DNA of 42,907 nucleotides, the filler included, from a candidate division NPL-UPA2 bacterium Unc8 (lineage in GTDB: Bacteria > NPL-UPA2), in NCBI GenBank assembly GCA_003574845.1. It is 2 parts of 2 records of this genome, joined end to end, with 100 filler letters (N's around TTAATTAATTAA, not from the genome) between each part and the next. Parts side by side here need not be neighbours in the genome. Positions count along the whole stretch, not along the records: positions 12,823 to 42,907 come from NDHY01000009.1; 1 more part is not named here. The stretch is one strand, 5' to 3'. The position numbers and the translations under genes are program-made. The notes beneath the pieces were generated by a model. The model worked only from the letters and a program-made list of their open reading frames with translations. It ran no database searches and had not been told where the DNA came from. Of the stretch, positions 37,003-42,907 are shown in pieces (position 1 is the first letter of the stretch; each line of letters starts with the position of its first letter).

Positions 37003-37602
37003 TTATGAACTCCATGGATTTTTGAGATGATGCGAAAGGAATATTGGTATTCCAACCTTACGCATTGATGACGAAAATCTTCGAGCCGTATAATGAGCTA
37101 AGACAAAAGCTGCTTTACAATAAGTAAGTGGTGAAGCTTTGCGTATCTCAGACACAAGAACATCACCACAAGAATACACAGTATACATCTTATTATTAAT
37201 TTGGAACCGCCTGTCCCTTATGCCTTGAAGAATAGCTTTTTTCTTACTTTTATTTTTCCTCGCCCTTTTGTATTGGTCGTAAACCTCAACTATTTTTTTG
37301 CGAATCCTGCCGCTTGGACTGACTAACAAAACTTCCAATTTAGAACCGGATGTATTATCGCGCCCCACTAGAACATTTATTTTTGGAGAATTTCTTTTTA
37401 AAAACTTAACAATCCTGTCAGGATAATCACTCCGAAAAAATCCATCCGGAAGCAATGCAAGATTAACCTTCTCAGAACGTGCTTGAATAATAAGCTCATT
37501 AAAAAATTCATTCCTAAAACTCTCTTGAAATTCTTTATTAAGAGTTGTAGGGTATTCATTAAATTTAACTTTATACTGAACAGCAAAAATAGCAACTTTC
37601 AC
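37003..37602 (-). CDS. Hypothetical protein, possible divergent carbon-nitrogen hydrolase fold; may be cut by a premature TAA (frame stays open to 36895)
   Basis: GTG start overlaps the upstream stop; A..EKVNLALLPDG and YSCGD resemble nitrilase motifs. Confidence 0.6.
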   Translation of the reverse strand: MKVAIFAVQYKVKFNEYPTTLNKEFQESFRNEFFNELIIQARSEKVNLALLPDGFFRSDYPDRIVKFLKRNSPKINVLVGRDNTSGSKLEVLLVSPSGRIRKKIVEVYDQYKRARKNKSKKKAILQGIRDRRFQINNKMYTVYSCGDVLVSEIRKASPLTYCKAAFVLAHYTARRFSSSMRKVGIPIFLSHHLKNPWSS

Positions 37603-38891
37603 AATTCTATAGCCTCTCCGTCTTCCAGAATTTGAACATTTTTAAACAATTCTGGATATTTTTCTGTATCAAAAGTATGGATAGGAATTAATTTTTTAGG
37701 ATTCAAAGCATTAGCAAACTTCTTTAAATCTTCTAATTCAGCATGACCGCTTGTATGGACTGACTCTAATAGTAAACCCTGTTCATTGCAAAAAAATCTA
37801 AATTCTTCAGTTAAATACCCATCCCACATTGAATAAATAATCTTTGCGCCTTTAACAGCATTTATATTCTTTAAGATAAGCGGAAAAACAGAATTATCTC
37901 TTGCCAGCATTAAAATCTTGTCTCTTTTCTCATTTAACTCATCCATATCAATTTTTCGTTCATTATATAAGTATAATAAACTTTTTAGGTTGTTCTTTGC
38001 TAACACATCTGCATGATATTTCATAAATTTAACCCTGATGTTCTTCCGGTCAAAGCGTGGAATTCCTTTCGATATTTTATTAAGCTTATCCAAGATATAA
38101 GCAGTATATAAATCAATAACAAATATCGAATCCGTTTTGAGACACGCTCTATACGCTGAAACAAGCCTGTCAATATTCTGAGATGAAGCAAAAAGAAAAG
38201 TAGCAGTTCTACTTTCTTTTAAAATCTCTACAATACGTTTCTCTATTTCTTCTTCATTATTGTAAAGACGGTCACTTCTGCCAAGCATAGAACCTTCCAT
38301 CAAGAGGCAATCTATATCTTTTGGAGGATTTTCAATCATTTGTTTAAATAAGACACTTTTTCTTCCATGCCCCCTGAAGTCACCGGAATAAAACAAACGG
38401 CTACCATCAGCTTCGATTAAAAAAGCTAATGCATCAAAAGCCGAATGATCTACAAGGTAAGGAGTAATTTTAAAATCTCCGATGACAAGAGTTTCTTTAT
38501 TCTTTATAAGTTTAGCGTTAAAACTCTTAACCTCTTTATGCAAGAATAGATTTGTTATATCAACTAATTCTTTAGCTCCCTCGCTCAGATAAATTGGTAT
38601 ATCCGCATGAACATAACTTAAAAGCCCATAGTGATCCATATGAGAATGCGATATCAAAATAGCATCTATTGATTTATTCTCATTTTTGTATAAGCCTTTA
38701 ATCTTCGGCAGAATTGAAAGTTCTTTGAGCTCTTCGACTGATTTACCTTTTAAAATATCCGGATCAAATCTTTCTTTGTTCTTATTAACCAAAGGCATCC
38801 CAAAATCAATCAAGATTCTTGAATTGGCTGCGCTTAGCTCAACACAACTACCCCCGATTTCTTGAGTTCCGCGATGAATAATTAGTTGCAT
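37599..38891 (-). CDS. MBL-fold / beta-CASP hydrolase, RNase J-like
   Basis: EIGGSC, IDFG, SHSHMDH (HxHxDH), DHS, SGDFR, HTSGHA, PIH. Confidence 0.88.
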   Translation of the reverse strand: MQLIIHRGTQEIGGSCVELSAANSRILIDFGMPLVNKNKERFDPDILKGKSVEELKELSILPKIKGLYKNENKSIDAILISHSHMDHYGLLSYVHADIPIYLSEGAKELVDITNLFLHKEVKSFNAKLIKNKETLVIGDFKITPYLVDHSAFDALAFLIEADGSRLFYSGDFRGHGRKSVLFKQMIENPPKDIDCLLMEGSMLGRSDRLYNNEEEIEKRIVEILKESRTATFLFASSQNIDRLVSAYRACLKTDSIFVIDLYTAYILDKLNKISKGIPRFDRKNIRVKFMKYHADVLAKNNLKSLLYLYNERKIDMDELNEKRDKILMLARDNSVFPLILKNINAVKGAKIIYSMWDGYLTEEFRFFCNEQGLLLESVHTSGHAELEDLKKFANALNPKKLIPIHTFDTEKYPELFKNVQILEDGEAIEL

Positions 38892-39841
38892 TTTTCTATA
38901 TAATTAATTCTTCCTAATTTCTCACCAAATTTCAAAAAGCCGAATTCTATCCTTCGGCCCTTATTATGAAATGCACGGTTAAACATTTGAAGTATTTCTT
39001 TATCAATAAGAGGGTGTAGGCGGGGAGCTAAGATATAGGCTTTAATCTTATTTGTTATAGGAATTTCGTTTTCCGGCTTTAGTCTGCTTTTGCTTGTTTT
39101 TCCGAACTTAAGTGTACCTTTCTGTATCTCTTCCATAAGCAGCACGTAAAAGAAAATCTCTGAAATTACACCGACTTTCATATTTTTGCTGTCTTTCAGT
39201 TCAAAAATGTTGAGGGTTTTATGATCCTTGCTGATTCCCCATATATCAACTGCAGATTTTCTTCTTGGAAAAACTTCATTTTTAGCCTTTATTTCTCTAT
39301 GAAAAACTCCAACGGGAAGCTGACGATCTATTTTTGCAATATCTAATCCTGCCACTTTTGAAAGCAATGCTTTTGCTTCACTGATGAACTGTCTTTCAAG
39401 AACATTTTCCTTTGTTGCCTTTTTATGCAGGCGCACTGCTTCCTCACGCACTCTGCTTGGCGCGTTTAAAACACACTTCTCTTTCGAAAAATCAACAACC
39501 TCATCTAATAACTGTCTATTATTTTCATCAACATCAAACCACCCATTAAATAGCTGCTTAAATTTAGAAACACGGTATAAGAATCTTTTGTAATGTAAAT
39601 CTTCTTTTTTAGTATAATCCCATTTTAGTATAATCTTGTCGAACTCTTTAAGCCAACGCCTAAGAATGACAGCCCACGACTCAAAAGCAGCACAATCCTC
39701 CTGCATATTGTTAGCTACGCCATTGCTCATAAAAATTGTAATGGTATGATCTTTCCCATTGAAATCAATTTCACACGGAAATTTAATGTTTACAACACGC
39801 GTCTTCTCTTTTAAAAATTCCAATAATTCCTGTTTATTCAT
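38882..39841 (-). CDS. Hypothetical protein with a putative PD-(D/E)xK nuclease domain
   Basis: E..LE, AVDIWG, IFELK and SEIFFY occur in restriction-fold order. Confidence 0.65.
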   Translation of the reverse strand: MNKQELLEFLKEKTRVVNIKFPCEIDFNGKDHTITIFMSNGVANNMQEDCAAFESWAVILRRWLKEFDKIILKWDYTKKEDLHYKRFLYRVSKFKQLFNGWFDVDENNRQLLDEVVDFSKEKCVLNAPSRVREEAVRLHKKATKENVLERQFISEAKALLSKVAGLDIAKIDRQLPVGVFHREIKAKNEVFPRRKSAVDIWGISKDHKTLNIFELKDSKNMKVGVISEIFFYVLLMEEIQKGTLKFGKTSKSRLKPENEIPITNKIKAYILAPRLHPLIDKEILQMFNRAFHNKGRRIEFGFLKFGEKLGRINYIEKCN

Positions 39842-39960
39842 GCCTGTATGTCTTCACTTCCTCGAAAGGTATCATTTGAGTCGATAAAACATTTCCTTCC
39901 TTTAGCTTGGTCTTCTGTGCTAACTCTTACATAAATTGCAATTCTCAGTTTTTCATTCAT
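39838..39960 (-). pseudogene. Truncated serine recombinase N-terminal stub (unit A)
   Basis: Manual translation MNEKLRIAIYVRVSTEDQAKG, then unrelated sequence to a TGA that overlaps the next ATG. Confidence 0.85.
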
Positions 39961-39976
39961 TTTTAATAGTGGTGCC

Positions 39977-40534
39977 CTATCTTAGTTCCTTTATTAAGCT
40001 CTCTATCGTATCGACAAAATCTATTGCGTTTCTATAAATTTTTTCAGCATCTTTTTGCGCAATAACTGCATCTGCCTTATACTGTGCTGTATTTCTTTTG
40101 GATTTCGTGGCCCACATTCTATTAACATATTTATCATCGAGTCTTTTTGCAGACTTAATTTTCTCGATGTCTTCCGACTCTATAGCCTTTTCTTTAAAAA
40201 CAAAATGATACTCTAATCCCTCAATAAGACTTTCATGGCTCTGGGCTTTTATCCCTATTGCGGCCAACGCAGCTGTTGCCGCATGAAACATTGCATAATA
40301 TCCACAGCTTATAGTCCAATCATATCCAATATAATCGGCACTTACTTTTAGTCTTTTCTTGCTCTCGTTATCTTCCGAAACCTCCATAAGTAAAGAACCT
40401 GTCTCGATATTATGCCTTGCTTTATCAACATGATATTTTACCAGCGCTGTAATTGTGGGGTCTACTTTTAAATCGCCATTATCAAAATAACCTTTTACTT
40501 TTATTTTTAGCATTTCTTTCTTCAAATCACTCAT
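39977..40534 (-). CDS. HEPN domain protein, putative toxin (start ATG 40534)
   Basis: GYYAMFHAA.A.L, SH, RNTAQY (R-x4-Y); GGAGG RBS; ATGA overlap with the MNT stop. Confidence 0.85.
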   Translation of the reverse strand: MSDLKKEMLKIKVKGYFDNGDLKVDPTITALVKYHVDKARHNIETGSLLMEVSEDNESKKRLKVSADYIGYDWTISCGYYAMFHAATAALAAIGIKAQSHESLIEGLEYHFVFKEKAIESEDIEKIKSAKRLDDKYVNRMWATKSKRNTAQYKADAVIAQKDAEKIYRNAIDFVDTIESLIKELR

Positions 40535-41148
40535 TTTATTACCTCCAATATTAGTTCCCAAAATTTCTCTGCACCAAACAATATTACTTTATTTTTTAAG
40601 ATCTCCTTGGCTACATTATGCTCCTTATCTTTTAACATTGTTAATAAATTTGTTGGCTCAGAAACCAAAGGGTTTATTTCGACACCAAAACCTTTTGACA
40701 AGGCGACACATTCCATATCAATAATTTCATCATATTTCTTTTTTGAAGGGATAAGGATAAAAAGATCGATATCGCTTTTCTTGAAATCGGTCCCCTTAGC
40801 CAAAGAGCCAAATAGAACGACAGACAGTAAGTTAAAATCTGTCTTTTTAGGCAACACCGAAAGAAGTTTTTCAGCAACAAAGAAAACCTTGTCTCTTTTC
40901 TTCAGAAAATCTTCGGCTATTTGATTTGATATCTTAACAAAGCTTGTTTTTACTTCTGGATTTTCATAGTTAGGCCTACAATATTTACGGTTTGAGCGTT
41001 GGTCAACAACTATAATCTTTTTATCCTTCAATTCTTCAATTTGTCTATATACATAGCTGTAAGAAATGTTTGTTTTTGTGGCTAACTCGTTTATTGTAAA
41101 CTGTGCATATACGTCATCATAGAATAGCTTTATTATTTTATCTTGCAT
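40531..41148 (-). CDS. HTH + minimal nucleotidyltransferase (MNT), putative antitoxin (start ATG 41148)
   Basis: N-terminal HTH (TINELA....SYSYVY..I.EL), LFGSLAKG....SDIDL; GGAGG RBS. Confidence 0.88.
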   Translation of the reverse strand: MQDKIIKLFYDDVYAQFTINELATKTNISYSYVYRQIEELKDKKIIVVDQRSNRKYCRPNYENPEVKTSFVKISNQIAEDFLKKRDKVFFVAEKLLSVLPKKTDFNLLSVVLFGSLAKGTDFKKSDIDLFILIPSKKKYDEIIDMECVALSKGFGVEINPLVSEPTNLLTMLKDKEHNVAKEILKNKVILFGAEKFWELILEVIK

Positions 41149-41157
41149 TTCAACCTC

Positions 41158-41206
41158 CATTATCACTTTTGGTGATAATGTTATCACTAAAACTGATATA
41201 TGTCAA
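41158..41206 (-). promoter_or_regulatory. Promoter of the MNT-HEPN operon with two tandem palindromic operator candidates
   Basis: Minus strand TTGACA-17 nt-TAACAT; TATCA-N7-TGATA at 41161-41177 and 41182-41198. Confidence 0.75.
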
Positions 41207-41228
41207 GCGAAATCTTCAAGGGGGAAAT

Positions 41229-41253
41229 AAGCAAAAGCCTGTTTCAGGTGGGT
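41229..41253. repeat. 25-bp direct repeat, copy 2
   Basis: AAGCAAAAGCCTGTTTCAGGTGGGT, identical to 36853-36877; both copies are preceded by GGGGAAA. Confidence 0.92.
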
Positions 41254-41444
41254 GTGGGTTTTTCTTTTCCTCTGCTTTTTAACGACAATTAGGGAATTGG
41301 CGTGCGGATTGCCCGAAAGGCAAGACGCCTTATTAATTTCCTCAGTTCAATAAGGAAGTGCAACTCTTTCTCGATCTCGCAAAAATTCTCTAAATAATTC
41401 TTTTTTTTGGCGTCGCAAAAAGTTTTAAAAGGTGCAATTTGAAA

Positions 41445-42026
41445 TTAAATATCTTCAAAAGTAATTTCGATTCCGTTCTTTTTCTTTTCGTAAAATATAA
41501 TTTTGGTTTTTATACTCTCCTGTAGTCCTAATTTTGCTTTATATGTTGCAGGTTTAATCGAAATCGGAGTTTCATCTAAAAATCCATCTATGCCCTTAGA
41601 TTCCTCCTGGGGATTAGCAATTCTAAACTTACATCCCTTTTTCTCAGCAACTTTCTTTAAGATAGCTTCTTGAAACCTTAGTCCAATAAATGTTTTTACT
41701 ATCACGAGGTCTCGAACCCATCGCTCTACCAAATCTTTATCAATCTCATCCATGGCCCCTTTGAAACTTCCTATCATTTTAACTACCTTTTCTGTTGCAT
41801 TTACAATTGCATCTGGATTTTTCTTAACATACCATTCTTCCCATTCCGGTAAGCTTCTTCCAGAAAATTCTTGAATAAGATCACTAAGTTGACCAACAAC
41901 TTTTGGCCTTGTGCCCTGCGCAAATTGATTTGCCAAATTAAGAATAGAAGTTGTGTATTTGGGAAAATCCGGAGAGTCGATATCTAAAAATTTACGCAAT
42001 TCTTCATTAGATATTTTTAATTTCAT
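41445..42026 (-). CDS. MjaI-family type II restriction endonuclease
   Basis: FPKYT...NLANQ.AQGTRPKVVGQ.SDLIQEF, WV.DLV..KTF.G, E.KGIDG....ISIKP..Y; adjacent to an MTase. Confidence 0.8.
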   Translation of the reverse strand: MKLKISNEELRKFLDIDSPDFPKYTTSILNLANQFAQGTRPKVVGQLSDLIQEFSGRSLPEWEEWYVKKNPDAIVNATEKVVKMIGSFKGAMDEIDKDLVERWVRDLVIVKTFIGLRFQEAILKKVAEKKGCKFRIANPQEESKGIDGFLDETPISIKPATYKAKLGLQESIKTKIIFYEKKKNGIEITFEDI

Positions 42027-42907
42027 CTAAGTACTCCTTCCTTGGAATATTTAACAAACCTATTTCTATACCTATATTCATTTAATTCATCAACATCGAC
42101 TAGCTGTGTTTTAACGAGGTGGGAATTAATGCAGGTTTTATTCTCTAAATAAAGATAACATAAAAGATTCTTGTTGTCGTCGTATTTAACATCGTCGAAC
42201 TTCATAAAAACCTTTTTCGCTTTGGTTATATTATTTAGATACTCAATAGCTTTACGTTCCGTTGCTGCTTTTCTTTTAACTCCAATTAGTCTTACTTTCA
42301 AATTATTACTTAACAACAAAGTAGTACTGTCCAAGATAGCTCTGACTGAATAATAATCTTCTCTCTTATTCCTACCATTGGTATCCACAACCGTTCCAAA
42401 CTTGAATTTTTTTGGATCTGTCAATCTTTCTAAGTGGTTATTATTTAAGAAAGTATGTGGCTTCTCTTCTTTTTTACCATTCTTTTTCTGAAATACAACT
42501 TCGTGGTCAAAGTCTTTCTTAAATAATGCGGGTTCATTATGAATACCTATTTTACTTTTAATTGTTTCTACAAACTCTTTATTTATTTCGTAGCCAACAG
42601 AATTCCTCCCTAATTCTAAGGCCGCTTTTGAAGTAGTGCCGCTTCCTAAAAATGGATCTAAAACAGTGTCTCCATAAAAACTGAACATTTTAATTAGACG
42701 CCTTGGCAGTTCTAATGGAAACATAGCGATGTGACCATTTTGTTTTTCCCCTGCAAAATTCCAATGTCCATTGAAATACTCATTCCATTCCTCGTTAGAA
42801 AGTTTAGATTTTTCTTTTATTTCTTTAGGAGGTTTTACATCTTTCCCTAATTTTTTAAATACTAAAATAAATTCATAATCAATTTTAATTATTCCCCCTC
42901 TCGGGTA
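42023..42907 (-). CDS. N4/N6 DNA methyltransferase (beta class) with a C-terminal thermonuclease-like domain; 5' end lies outside the window
   Basis: Frame is open to the window end (YPRGGIIKIDYEFIL...HIAMFP.EL); VLDPFLGSGTT, GYEIN; C-terminal VRLIGV, LCYLY, IN..LV resemble the SNase fold. Confidence 0.88.
   Translation of the reverse strand, partial: YPRGGIIKIDYEFILVFKKLGKDVKPPKEIKEKSKLSNEEWNEYFNGHWNFAGEKQNGHIAMFPLELPRRLIKMFSFYGDTVLDPFLGSGTTSKAALELGRNSVGYEINKEFVETIKSKIGIHNEPALFKKDFDHEVVFQKKNGKKEEKPHTFLNNNHLERLTDPKKFKFGTVVDTNGRNKREDYYSVRAILDSTTLLLSNNLKVRLIGVKRKAATERKAIEYLNNITKAKKVFMKFDDVKYDDNKNLLCYLYLENKTCINSHLVKTQLVDVDELNEYRYRNRFVKYSKEGVLR

Larger units (their letters stand above)
34983..42907 (-). 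mobile_element. Degenerate defence island of two tandem serine-recombinase-type integrative units upstream of miaB
   Basis: Visibly AT-richer than the flank; RM, two TA pairs, nucleases, two recombinase stubs and a duplicated 25-bp site. Confidence 0.7.

Noticed and set aside
37599-38891. Housekeeping RNase J or beta-lactamase
   Set aside because: At 430 aa it is shorter than typical RNase J, has no signal peptide and sits in an AT-rich island, so no gene symbol was given.
1072-42353. Many 60-165 aa ORFs antisense to, or out of frame within, recognised genes
   Set aside because: Shadow ORFs with no motifs or RBS, almost all overlapping confident genes, tRNAs or repeats.

Overview
The window holds two bacterial contigs joined by an artificial 100-nt linker (12723-12822, Ns around TTAATTAATTAA). 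The organism is Gram-negative, judging by its Kdo, heptose and Lpt genes. From 1 to about 34950 it is mostly minus-strand housekeeping operons: fabD, tRNA-Gln, apgM, thrC, argS, nadD, proAB, rpmA/rplU, nagB, mpg, tRNA-Leu/Val, the kdsAC/rfaE LPS cluster, alaS, ispG, recA/recX, hflX and miaA/miaB. This part carries several families of short palindromes and 7-8-bp tandem repeats, three of them in frame inside alaS, ispG and miaB. It also has an unusual small operon of a MerR-like HTH, a ParA ATPase and a membrane protein with a GspB-like domain. From about 34980 to the end there is a visibly AT-richer defence island built from two tandem units with the same layout, read on the minus strand: defence cargo, an identical 25-bp site, a sigma70 promoter with a toxin-antitoxin pair, then a short serine-recombinase N-terminal stub. 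Unit A carries an MTase-SNase fusion, an MjaI-like endonuclease and an MNT/HEPN pair. Unit B carries a PD-(D/E)xK nuclease, an RNase J-like MBL hydrolase, a nitrilase-like protein and an AbiEi/AbiEii pair, and shows signs of decay. All protein calls come from motif recognition by eye; no searches were run.
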